DNA of 58,188 nucleotides, counting the filler, from Sphacelaria rigidula (Eukaryota), in the NCBI GenBank assembly GCA_964200075.2. It is 3 parts of 3 records of this genome, joined end to end, with 100 filler letters (N's around TTAATTAATTAA, not from the genome) between each part and the next. Parts side by side here need not be neighbours in the genome. Positions count along the whole stretch, not along the records: positions 1 to 19,338 come from CAXNAA020000685.1; positions 19,439 to 38,770 come from CAXNAA020000686.1; 1 more part is not named here. One strand, 5' to 3'. Position numbers and translations under genes: made by a program. Shown one piece after another: positions 14,101 to 24,830 of the stretch. Below the pieces are notes generated by a model. It searched no databases. It saw only the letters and a program-made list of their open reading frames with translations, and had not been told where the DNA came from. Positions within the stretch are counted from its first letter, which is position 1, and each line of letters opens with the position of its first letter.

Positions 14101-17100
14101 AGCTCTTAGGGGAGGACAGACTGAGCATGACTAGTAGCCTCTGTGCAACGGCCCGATGACAACATGTGCTCTTCGCAGACCAATGCTACGGTAGGGCAGC
14201 ACCTTCTGCGCAAAATGTTTTCTGGTTCGGGGGCCCCTAACGATTCTAGATACACAAAAATATGGGTCAGGGCATCCCCGTTTGCAAATTCATTCGGGAT
14301 ACTGTACCCCTCGAACATTGGAATAGCAATCCTGGTCTACTCTCATATATTTCATTACTCGTCGTTTGGATGAGATGCAGGGTTAACAAGGTGTGACCTC
14401 AGAAAATACTCGTGCACCCCTACCGTAGCATCACTCCGCAGTTGGGATGGTACTTCGCCACCCTTTGAAAATGACGTGGACGCGCCGCTTGCCCCATTCC
14501 CCTCTGACGTGCTCGGTGCTTGCTCTCCAAAATTTTGTTCTTTCGCCAAAAACAGGGACAAGTACATGTTCCACCAGGCCAACATTATCCCGACTGCCGA
14601 CCTGGGCGACATGTCCACCCTGGAGAAGTGGTACGTGGACGTCATGGCGACCCTGTCCAGTTTCGTCACCTTCCCCGTGAAGGTATGGCTTATTTCGCGA
14701 CGTCCCAAAGTAACCCTTTTTGACTCGAGTAAAGCGCTCAAGGCGTCTACTAGCGGAAGTGTATTGGTGACTGTGCTACTTCGAAACTTGTTTCGCTGCC
14801 TCTTGGGGTCCATCACCGGCAACTACGCTCTCGCTCTTACACAATCCTGGGAGTCCTTTGGTGATTTCATCCCATCGAGAGGGCATGGAAATGCCTGAGG
14901 CAATCGCCAGCATGAAGGTGATGAGCTCTACCGTTGAACGTCCAAAGCATCAATCTGACCTCGCTTCCCTGGTATTCCCTGGTATCTCTGAACGTGCAGT
15001 CCGTCAAGTTCGACGACCTGTGTGTGAACTTCCAAGAGCACGAAGCATTGGATGCCGACAGCCCTATCGTTACGGCTATCAAGGACGCTGACACCGGTAT
15101 TATCCTGGGCATGAGTCTGGATTCCACCGGCGGCGCGGGTGTGATCCCGGTCACCGTACCCACTGCCGACGCTGCCAGCGTGAGTCTGCTACCTGTCTAT
15201 GTTCTGCGTGTTCCTGCTTTGATGTCCTTCGTCCTGGTGTACCAAGTTTTATTTTTGTCCCGGTTTCTCATTTTTGGGGTCGTTATTTTTGTATCTAATT
15301 CTCTGCCTTGAAGTTTTGTGACTATTATTATTTCCGCACATCAGTCCGATCTCGCGCCCCCGTGGTAACAGAGGTAGGCTCGCCTTTCCAATACCGTTTC
15401 CAGCTATTCCTTGTGAGACACATCACCAAAAAAATAAATAAGAAGAGAGACGAAAACCGGTGAGAAGTGGCTTCCCCGAGTTCAACAGGGAGAGAAAAAA
15501 TAACGAAAGAAAAACAAACACACAAACAGCAAACACCAGATCTGTCAAAAATGTACACCGAAAGAAAGCAAGAGATGCTTGTCTAATCAACGGGACTGCC
15601 TGCGGTTTTGTACCTTCCCGTACCTTCCTGTACCGCTCAGTAGATCGAATGTGTGGTTGCCTGTGCTAGCTGACAACAATCCACTTCCCGTTCTTACCCC
15701 GACGATATTGTGGCGGTTGACTCCTGCAAACCAAACGTGTGTGCTCGCAGGTGTTCCTGGGGAGCTTGACCCCCTACAAAACCGAAACGTACGGTTCGGA
15801 CACTACCTACTACTTCACCACCGGAACGCCACCCTCGCCTGCGCCCAAGCCTACCGCGAGGTACGTAAATTATCTGCAGTTGATCGTCGTCTACCGAAGG
15901 AATTGTTCTTCGTTGGGTACAGATGTTTGGTCGCGATGAGGAGTACGGCATAGCCGCCAAAGTTTCGGTGGAAATGCGCGAAAATGACATGAGAGATGAG
16001 CTACATCCGTCGTACGCCAGTAGGTTCGATGCTCGCCGTGTGTTGTGGGGCGAGTTGGCTCCGTGGTGTAAAGTTGCAAGTGTAAGCTTTTTGTGTTGGT
16101 GGAGTGGCATTTTGTCTTTGTCCTCTCGTCAGCGCCACTCATCACCGTCCCCCGTCGATCTTAACCTCTAGAAATTGAGACATGAGTACTTGACACAAGC
16201 GTCGGCTGGACACATATTTCGACCAATTATAGCGGGTCACGGACTCACAAGCCGTCGGGGAACCTACAGAAGTACAGGCCGTAGTTTCCGCTCTTTGCTA
16301 TTTACGCTACATACAATCGATCCGGATGGTCACCATATACTAACAACGACTCCCCCTCGAGAAACGGAGTTCTACTTCGTATTATTTCAACACCATGAGC
16401 GTGGGAACCGTGTCCCGCGCACGACCTGATTCATACTGCGCCGACTTTCAAACTTCCGAGATGAGGTGACGAATCGTATGAGCGAAAACGCCGCGCGGAA
16501 CAAAGGCCACTCTTGACTCGCCGTATTTGCACCCATCGACCAGCTATTACGTCAAGATACAGCGGGAAAGCACACTACCCGCGTCAGCCTTTTCGAAACT
16601 TGCAAAACACAGTCAAACTTCCATCCGCGAGCCTTGGTCACCGGAAAACACGGCACTTGGAGTTCGGTGCACGGGTCTGCCAAAAAAGTGTAGTTGAACT
16701 TGGAGTGGTGCACCGTCTTGGTGGGCTCCATCGTTGATGGTTGCAGAGAAATAAACCATATGTTGCCCGAAAAAAGGTCAAATAGTGAATCGTCATTTTC
16801 CCATCACCGTCTCCGGAAGGGTCAAACTTTAGTTGTTCATTTGAACTTGACCGACGCGTGTGCAGCCCGACAGCCCTACTAACCGTTCCCATCCCTGCCC
16901 TCTCCTCGCGTCATATCCACTTCAGCGACCTTCCGCCGCTCACGGCGGCGGCAGCCGGAGACGCCGTACCGATCCCGGTGGAGGAGCAAGAAAAGGCCGC
17001 CATGGACGGCATCGAGGCCGAGCAAGAGAATGCCGCTGTAGCTGGCGAGCAGGGCTTCGTCGCGCCCGACCAGCCTCTCCTCGGACCCGAAGCCATCGAG

Positions 17101-17160
17101 CTCCTCAAAGAGCAAACTATGGAAAGAATAATCGAAAAGGCCGCCGACCCCGTCCCTTGA
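1510..17160 (+). CDS. Multi-exon gene (5' part not seen): WSC-WSC-Pro/Thr linker-Agd3-like (CE18-type) polysaccharide deacetylase, ~1014 aa visible
   Basis: 22 exons with AG/GT boundaries whose phases join into one open frame of 3045 nt ending in TGA at 17158-17160: 1510-1575, 2028-2157, 3957-4126, 4745-4810, 5474-5603, 5855-6033, 6448-6513, 6764-7028, 7328-7451, 8504-8690, 8940-9032, 9401-9523, 10288-10360, 10803-11009, 11986-12222, 12490-12557, 12865-12945, 13158-13285, 14556-14682, 15000-15179, 15751-15860, 16926-17160. The translation has WSC signatures (YGVQYxxECWCG...CSGxxxxICGGGNAMxxY) and Agd3-type motifs (WATKGVFMGERRFYLGATVDDLFL, EYAFNGAG, SHTLTH, SPGITGLFN, GDNT, IVPRFATFVYYNC, DKYMFHQAN, FPVKS, ETYGSD). 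No start codon or signal-peptide exon was found in 1-1509. Confidence 0.88.
3060..3915 (+). mobile_element. 5'-truncated LINE (non-LTR retrotransposon) 3' remnant inside intron 2
   Basis: Decayed reading frame with in-frame stops: ...HLEIYG*LREGIGMKADLHGPMD...KLRFRV...CCEEIESMSHIVAECELYKEER...AILGDEW*, resembling a LINE ORF2 C-terminal CCHC-type knuckle. A homologous copy lies at 31090-32030. Confidence 0.7.
3957..5603 (+). other. Pro/Thr linker + WSC domain module 2 (three exons)
   Basis: 3957-4126 encodes (TPTPEP)n...GDCYADAQNDRVF...DLTPE. 4745-4810 encodes SCKALCEADSTNSYYGVQYGSE. 5474-5603 encodes CWCGPASSDIDKHGLSTACTKACSGDANVICGGGNAMNIYSIE. Confidence 0.88.
3962..4027 (+). repeat. Coding 18-bp tandem repeat encoding (TPTPEP)n linker
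   Basis: acacctactcccgaacca repeated ~3.7 times inside exon 3957-4126. Confidence 0.9.
8940..14682 (+). other. Agd3/CE18-like metal-dependent deacetylase catalytic region
   Basis: TVDD at 8967-8978, HTLTH at 10946-10960, PR at 12513-12518 and MFHQAN at 14566-14583. The order matches the Asp-Asp / His-x3-His / Arg / His motifs of fungal Agd3-type deacetylases (recalled family motifs, no alignment run). Confidence 0.78.
14178..14436 (+). mobile_element. MITE family B (Sola2-like), copy 1, intronic
   Basis: TIRs gaccaatgctacggtaggg ... cccctaccgtagcatcactc, with 4-bp TSD cgca on both sides. The internal sequence is shared with three other copies. Confidence 0.8.
16877..16883 (+). promoter_or_regulatory. 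Consensus splice branch point TACTAAC of the last intron
   Basis: tactaac lies ~42 nt upstream of the CAG acceptor at 16923-16925, with a pyrimidine-rich tract between them. Confidence 0.6.
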
Positions 17161-19079
17161 AGATCCGGACACGACCGAATCGCTTGCCACCGCGACACCC
17201 ACCAATGCTGTCGCGTACATGAGCAGACGTACACTGCATGTACTTTGTACCAATAACGACCCAGTCGCGCCTCATCAGCCCAGCCGTAGCCCACTCGGTT
17301 GCCTTGGTTGAATGGCTTGCTTGGTAATTTGCATGTGCCATACAGATTCACAGGTATCATTCAGGTGGAGGAAAATAAAGTACATGGAGGGAAAGTAGCC
17401 GGTTGAGCACGTCCGTGTGTGTTCATGCGTATGGTGTAGGGTTTATGTGCGGGTATCACGAGCGGAGGCAGCTGGTCCAGTTTGCGTGGACCATCCCCCT
17501 GCTCAGGGGGTGCAGTGGGTCGTGTACGAGGCCGGGATCATAGAGAGCCTTTGCTTCCTGTAACAAGGAATTTAGAGCAGTGTGCAGCTTGAATGCATTC
17601 GTATGAATTCGAATATATATCGTTATTGACATGTTGTGCCCGCCCTCTTCACCCTCCCCTTCCCCAGTTCTTTTTGGTCGTGGGCTTCCCCCGGACTGAG
17701 TGTTTCGGGAGGGGGTTTAGTATCGTATGGCGAGAAGTAGGGCGACTGATGGCTTCAAAGCGATATGGTAGTGCGTGCCGTTATTGAAGTAGTTGGGTTA
17801 TGTTGAATTATAAAAGTAGAGGAATCCGCGAGGGGCAGGGGCCCTTTTGGTCGCTCTTTTAAACGCCGTTCTTGGGCGCGTTACGTATGGATTTCTCCAT
17901 GCTAGTGTCTTCAGGAGGATGTCGGGTTTCTGTAGAGACGGAAAAACCTTGCCAGTTTTTGACAACTAGGAGGAAAATAGTTGCTGTCGGGTTTTGCTCA
18001 TTGAAATTGTGTGAACTTGGAGGTGGGTCTGTATCTTCGAGGTTATGTTGTATTCTAGTATTGTGTTTATAAAGGATTGGTGCCTGTGCCTCGTCAGGGG
18101 AGGAGTAACGGTAAACGTGTTCGAGTGATAACCTACGCAGTATCCTCCAAGGTATTTCTTGCCGGTTCCTGCTACTCCGTACGCACCTGGAGAATTCTTG
18201 ATTCTGAATATAGAAATTGAAAACCTGACGTGCCGGGTATGGCGTCGGGGAGTAGTTGTGTTTTGTTTTGAAGCGAAAAGCTTATTTTTATTTCTCCTTT
18301 TGGATGGGGGGCGGTTCTGGTCGATTCTGCGGTTTTGGTGACTGATCCGATATGATGGTGCGTCCCATTGTATGTTCGAGAAGAGTTCTGGAGTGCCCTA
18401 TTTGTTGCAGTACTGTAATGCACCGACTCCTTGTCTATTGGCAATTAACTGATGAAGACCTCTGTAACTACTTGCAGGTGTGTGCTTGGACACGCATCAT
18501 CGTTAAGGCGCGCCGTAAGGTGACGCTGATCGGAACCCTCTCCTTGATTCCACCCGCAATGTTTGGATGGGCATGGGAACTACGAAACCAACAATAACAA
18601 AAAATGACGAGTATGGTAACACCAGGTCATCCAGGGTACCGACTGCCAAGAGTGATTAGCATGCCATCACGATTCTACGCACAAACCATCCCAACTCGAT
18701 AGAGTGATCTAGGAAACTGAATCGAGAGTTACAAACGACCTCCACTTTCCAAATGAACGTCCTCAATCATAGAAGTGTTCTGTCAGATCCTGAACCAAGA
18801 GTATGTTGGGCGAAGATTTTCCGACACGGAGCCCCTTTCCCCCCTCCCGGAGGGTATATAGGATCATGTTCCGTGTCGTGGGCCTCAAGCACCGAACAGT
18901 GGTCCGGGCAAGTTTGGCGAGGTGTGAGATAAAGTTGCTACTTTTGCTACTGGCTGTCGCTACCGTGCGCTGGTGTACGTACATGTTCAAGGCCGGCATC
19001 CGAGGTCATCGGAACAGTAGAGTGGGCAAGGAGCAGAAGCGAGTATACAAACCTCGCGAAGCCCACAAAACGTTTCAAT

Positions 19080-19338
19080 TTTGTCTGTTCCTTTTATGTT
19101 TTTTTTACCAATAATCACCTAGGAAAAATCGTGGTTTTCAATTTTCGAAAGATCACCCTCCGGGAGGGGGGTTTTACCAATAATCACCTAGGAAAAATCG
19201 TGGTTTTCAATTTTCGAAAGATCACCCTCCGGGAGGGGGGGGGGGCTAACCCTCCCGGAGGGTGATCTTTCGAAAATTGAAAACCACGATTTTTCCTAGG
19301 GGATTCTTGGTAAAAAAAACATAAAAGTGACAGACAAA
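19080..19338. repeat. Long inverted repeat with an internal tandem duplicate, abutting a scaffold gap
   Basis: The ~65-bp unit ttttaccaataatcacctaggaaaaatcgtggttttcaattttcgaaagatcaccctccgggaggg occurs twice in tandem. A reverse-complement copy follows at ~19250-19338. Confidence 0.85.
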
Positions 19339-19438
19339 NNNNNNNNNNNNNNNNNNNNNNNNNNNNNNNNNNNNNNNNNNNNTTAATTAATTAANNNNNN
19401 NNNNNNNNNNNNNNNNNNNNNNNNNNNNNNNNNNNNNN
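19339..19438. other. Assembly gap (100 nt) with artificial six-frame-stop linker
   Basis: N-run with ttaattaattaa at 19383-19394. Confidence 0.95.
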
Positions 19439-19487
19439 ATTTACGTGAAGATTTTGCCTCTCAAAACCATGCACTTTTTTGGGGGGG

Positions 19488-21330
19488 CTATCGTAGAAAG
19501 TGTCTTCGGTATGGCTGAGCTTCAATAGTTCGCCACAGATGTCGTCCGTCCCAACGGCCTTGCCGTTCACCAGCTTTGTTCACCAGCTTACCCACCGCTT
19601 CCTTCACTTCTTCCATCGGGGGCTCGGCCGTGAGCAGTGCGTGCTCCGGCATCTGTGCGATGAGATCGATGACAGAGTGGTCGATCGTAGGGGAGATTGC
19701 GTTCAGCTGTGTTTCGAACCATTCCTTCCGTCGCTGCAGGATAGCTTGCTTGTCCCGCAACAACTCTCCAGTCGCGCTCCTGAAATAAGTTGAGTCACTC
19801 TGCTTCTTCTCTTCCAGTTCGAAGAACTTGATATGCTGGTAAAGTCCTGCTTGATCCTTATTGCGAACAAACTCCGCGGTCCGGACTGTGAACTCGTGAA
19901 CGAAGTTCTGCAGCTCTGCATCCTTCGGCCGTTTGAACGCTTCGTCCGTCATCTTCAGTGCCTTCTTCAGGACAGGTTCTTCGGGATCGGCACACAGTTT
20001 ATTTCATGTCTTTCCTGAGATTCCATTCTTTTTGGAGGCGATATTGAGCCTGAGGTGACTCACTGAAGCCTCTAGATGGGGGTTTCTTCAGGCATCGAGG
20101 GAGTGTATCCACGGAGCCTAAGGTGACCCACTGAAACCTCTAGATTGAGAGTTCTTCGGGCATCGAAGGAGTGTACCCACGGCCACCTGTCGCATGGCGT
20201 TGGCGAAGGTAGGTGCCGTGTCGTTGACGTCCATTACCACGGGAAAGCTGGTGGCATTCGGGAGTTTGGCGACAATTGCCTGTGAGACAGTCGCTCCCCA
20301 GCGTCGGGAGGGTACGAGGGCTTTGTAGTTGAAAGGCGCTGCCCTGTCCCCGCCTCCCGGTTTCGGTTGGCGGTTGGGTGCGCTCCGTCTTAGGAGACGG
20401 ATGGTGGCTGAGACCAGTCGATTTCATCTCGAGGTGCACAGTGACAATGCGGACGAGTCTGCGGTCTTGCTGACGTACTGGGATGCAGTCCAGACCCCAG
20501 CGTGGTTCAACCTTCGGCCCCGTTTGTTTGCATGCGGTCGAGCTTTCCCCGCGACTTGGCGTGCCAAAAAATGTGTGGTGATAGACATGTTTTCGTTCCG
20601 CAGCGCATTTCAATAGGCGTCTACCATTATTATTCCGGGTGTCTCTGCCATACTCTCCCAAAACCCCAAGATCATCCATGCCTCCTGCTCCTCTCTTTCC
20701 GGTACGAGCATTGGCATCCATCATGAAGTAGGTACTCGTTGGTGGGCACTTCAGCGATGGAACTACTGAGGGTTCCCAGAACTTGGTCAATTCAGAGCCT
20801 TGCACTGCCTCAGTAGGAGAATACCCTATGATGAAGGTTGCGCAACTCTATGCCTAGAAGCTACTCGTGCCTTGAGGATCCTTGCACTCAGGTGCTCGGG
20901 GGCGATGCCCTCTAGGCCCAGCGTGCTGGCGATAGACTCTTTAACGGCAAGGCCAACTCCGAGCACTCCCGGTTTGCCCCCGTCTCTATTGCAGGGGCCG
21001 CTGCAGTGAACGATGTATCCTGCTGCTAGCGCGTGGAAAGTTATTCTTCCGTCGAGACGAGATTCTTGATGGGCGGCGAAATGACAGTTGTATTTCGATG
21101 CAAAAAGCAGCAGATCCTCTGCGTGGCCTGTGCCGTTGGATCTTCTCTTGGTCACGGTTCGTATATTACCAGCTCTTTGGATCGAGTCACCGCCCTTGCG
21201 GCAGTGCGATTGGCGCGAGGCTGAGCCTTGCTTGCTCGCCGAGCTCGTCTTTGTCTCCACTTTTTTGTGTCCCTTTTCTTCTGGTGTTTGATCCACCATT
21301 CGTGGGCTACTCCCTGTTTCCACGTTCCCT
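19488..21330 (-). mobile_element. Decayed RTE-like LINE: APE endonuclease and linker region, RT domain not seen
   Basis: Frameshifted ORFs 20826-21323, 20140-20805 and 19488-19952 carry APE motifs: NIRT, HQESR, GVGLAV, MDANAR.G, GEYG..TRNNNGRRLL, TFF, LDCI. These are followed by GELLRDKQAILQRRKEWFETQLN...EPPMEEVKEAV and KAVGTDDICGELLK in a shifted frame. Confidence 0.82.
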
Positions 21331-22774
21331 CCTGCCTACGCCGGTTCTTGCCTTGTTGCTCCTGCATAGGGTTCAGCGGGCCCTGTGCACGTCGGCCTCC
21401 ACCAAGTCGACCTCTATGCTTACAGGCACGTCGCTGCCTGCTCTCGGCGGTGGCGATGATTAGTCGGATTAGCGACCCCCGCCAGCCGGGGTAGGGCGTG
21501 TTCCGATGTCATCGTTATGTAACATCAATATTACGGGGGGTAACCACCGTATGGTGCAGTCAGGAGTGACAGCGCGATTGACATTGAATCCCGCACCACT
21601 GTTATGGGGGTCAATGGGGCTCGATTTTGGGCACTATACACAGGGAAAATGGACTGACCAACTACACAGTCAGTCGAATGCAGAAGAAATAAAACCTGAA
21701 TAAGTCAATCAGTATCAATCACAAGTGCACGCGTCACTCGAAATGACGATGGCGCTCATACAAAATGTACTATTGGTATAGCACATTCTACAACAACCCT
21801 GTGACTGACGTTGCTGTACAGTTGTGAACAGGGCTACAACAACAGGAAGATAGGAGCTGCTGCTCGTGTTGTTGTGCCCTTCTTGTTGCAGTATGTTGTT
21901 GTGCTCATCTTTCATCGCAGATATCTCGGCAACGACGCAGAGGATCGTACTGCGGTATGATGCGTGCGCTTTCCACACACCAGAACCGTTCAGTGGCGTG
22001 GCGACTTTCCGTAACGCGTGCCGCGGAGTCCGCAGCACTCTGCAAACCGCCAAAATCTACTGAAAAACACGTTTTCTTCGACGTTCGGGGGCTTTTCGGA
22101 TCCGCTGTAGCGAATTGAGCAAGTCCGCCGCGGCACTGAATAGATCTAGTTTGTGTGCGGGGGGCTGTCAAGTGGCACAGGTCGGTTTGATTCCTGTCTC
22201 GAGAATTATGCGACGAAAAAGTCACAGCTGTGGCATACTAAACCTAGGTAACTTCGGGTGGAGCGTGTGTTCTGTTCGGCAGAGGTTCGGCAGAGGTCCG
22301 ACCAGCGAATGACGTCTTCAATACGTCTTCAATATCCCTCCGCGTTCATATTTTTGTTGTTGACAACCGAGTCTTGGTCGGTAAGGCCTTCGTTCACCCC
22401 CATAAGTGTGGTGCGGATCAGTTTGACAGTAGGAGTCACTTACTCTTCGCAAAAGTCGAGTCTTGTACGAGTACCGTTCCACGGTTCGCTGCCTTAAGCT
22501 GGCCTAACCCGGTCTCGGCGGTTCGGGTCTACGGCCGGGGAAGGGTATCGACTGTATCACAGGCGGTAAGCACCGTAAGGCTTCCGCGTGCAGGAGTAGT
22601 TTGACGGTAGGAGTCATCCAGCTCCCGCACGAACATGGTACGGAGCAGTTTGATAGGTTTTACTGATTTTCCGTAGTAGCCAAAATGCCCAGTCTTTTCT
22701 TGGGCCGCTGCCGTCAGCCGGCCCGACCCCGCCTAAGAGATTCGGGGCCAAGGCCGGGGGAATTACACAGCGGA

Positions 22775-23015
22775 GTTCGTTTTTCTGACATTTTATTTCG
22801 ACATTTTTGTGTCCGACCCTTCCTTTACGGTAGTTGAGCTATCGCGCTTGCCCTATTCATTATTTTTCCTCATGTTTTTACCTGTTCGGTTACGACGGTC
22901 TTTGCCAACACACCCTTCGAAATGCTGTTCCGGATATATATATATATATATATCCAATGAAAAATTCACACTCATTCTTATCCAACATATTTACTGTACT
23001 GTGATTGTTCGGTAG
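22775..23015. repeat. Dispersed repeat, inverted homologue of 28630-28940
   Basis: atatccaatgaaaaattcacactcattcttatccaacatatttactgtac matches the reverse complement of gtacagtatatgtgctggataagaatgagtgtgattctttcattggatat. Confidence 0.7.
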
Positions 23016-23121
23016 TTTAGTATATACGTTACTGTACTTTACTCAAATGTTCCTCGATAAAAATATCGAACACTTGTTTCTGCTACTATACCCTAGGCTC
23101 GTAGGCTCACTGAGTTCTAAT

Positions 23122-23430
23122 CGGATACAATGTTTTCGTGAGATTGAGAGCAGAGCATACGATTGAGAGTGAAAAGCGGTCAATTAGTTAATGAACCGTT
23201 TCAGTTCCGAAATGCCCCTCCACGAGACCCGATATGCTTGCTGTAGTAGCTTGCCACTGAGGCTCTTGCTATCCCCGAGTAGGATATCGACGTGTAGCTA
23301 TGAGCATCCGCCAGTGATAAAAGCGAAGAAAAGCACACACAGAATGAAAATTTGGCTAAGTTGAGGTGAATTACCAAAGCCACTCTCAATCAGCGCTCCA
23401 CTCTCAATATCACGAAAACGATGCTATCCG
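23122..23430. mobile_element. MITE-like element with ~50-bp imperfect TIRs
   Basis: cggatacaatgttttcgtgagattgagagcagagcatacgattgagagtg pairs with cactctcaatcagcgctccactctcaatatcacgaaaacgatgctatccg. Confidence 0.6.
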
Positions 23431-24504
23431 CTGATGATGTCGTGGGTGCTCTCCTCAATTGTTGCTCCTGACTTGATCGTCGTTGTTACACTAGCTCCTA
23501 ACTCCCTTCGTTACGTGGAAAATGCTTATCCGTACTTGGTATGTCTGCTGAACCTTCGTGTCGACATTGTCGCTGCTATCGATGATGCCCAAATACTTCG
23601 CAGATTTGATCTTAGAGCTATGAATGAATGTACTACAGGTTGGCCCAGCCTAGGAACGGGCTCTCAAAGCAATATATCTGATCGACACAGACGAGTTAGG
23701 TCGTGATCGACATATCGTATTAGTCGCCTAATCAAGGGGAAGGTGCCCATCTGCTCAAACGTCCGGGCCATTGTTTTCCTCGTTGATAAAACCTCATGCC
23801 TAGCAATTCTTATTCCGTACGGAGATAGCGTCCATAGTAAAGTCTATATAAACCCCGAACGATATATAGAGCGGATGATGACGATTATTGATGTGTACAA
23901 TTCCTGGAGCACGAGGACGCGATAGATACCCTCACCGTCACCTATTTCGATATCTATCTCGATATATGGCGCACATAAGGTTGCATACAAGAAGTAATAT
24001 ATTACGAGCAGGGGCAGTACACACACTAATTCTGGATGTCGTGTCTCAGTTTTGAGAGTTTTGAGAGTTGTGCTGTGAAATTTTGTACGTAAGATCGCTA
24101 GTGCATCACAAAAAAAAAATGTTGTTTCATTGTTTTTTTTGCCTTTTTTGGCGAGCTTCAAGACAAAATGGACGGTGTTCTTGGACCCTATCTCAGTTGT
24201 TGAGCTCACTTTTTAGAATTGTGATTCGAAACTTGGCATGGAGAATCGCAAAGGCATGCTGAAAAACAAAATGGGCCCTCACTTATTTTGAGAGAGAGGT
24301 ACGGGCGTTCTCGTGGGAAAATGATCCTCGCCACACTAAAACGTCCCAAGCCAGTAAAAAATCAAAATCAAAATCAACCTGACCCACCAATCTTGGTTCA
24401 CTATGCCCTAGCGAGGTTCCACACAAAATTTCAACACACAGTACCAAACCTGGACCGGTAAGTGGCCTGCGAAGTACTATTTCGACTTTCGACCCGCCCG
24501 GTTT

Positions 24505-24830
24505 CTAAACGGCCTATTCTCAAATCAATTTCAAGAGTTTGATCTTAAAACTTGGTATGGACAATGAATAGGGCATATATATGAAGAAAAAGGATATGTG
24601 GACCCACACTCTATATTTCTTCATAAATTAGAGGCAATAAATCAGTTTTCAGGTTTCAGCAAAATGCCATAAACTCATGGAAAAGTAAATCGAGTCCATA
24701 TATATATATATATGTTATTATGCCCTATTCATTGTCCATACCAAATATTAAGGTCCAACTCTAAAATTGATCTGGGAATGGGCCTGCAAACTACAATCTC
24801 GCTTCTAGGCTGACCCAGCTCGTATTAATG
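24505..24830. repeat. Fold-back repeat built on the motif gtatggacaatgaatagggcat; inverted copy at 27125-27235
   Basis: ttggtatggacaatgaatagggcata (~24552) pairs with tatgccctattcattgtccataccaa (~24719). 24720-24825 is the reverse complement of 27125-27235. Confidence 0.7.

Noticed and set aside
18763-18999. Minus-strand ORF ending ILLVQDLTEHFYD, vaguely like the RT motif FIDLxKAYD, across the gap from the LINE
   Set aside because: The similarity is too weak and no other RT motifs (QG, YADD) are visible.
19383-19394. TTAATTAATTAA as a biological motif (PacI-like site or TSD)
   Set aside because: It is centred in N-runs at both gaps, so it is an assembly linker.
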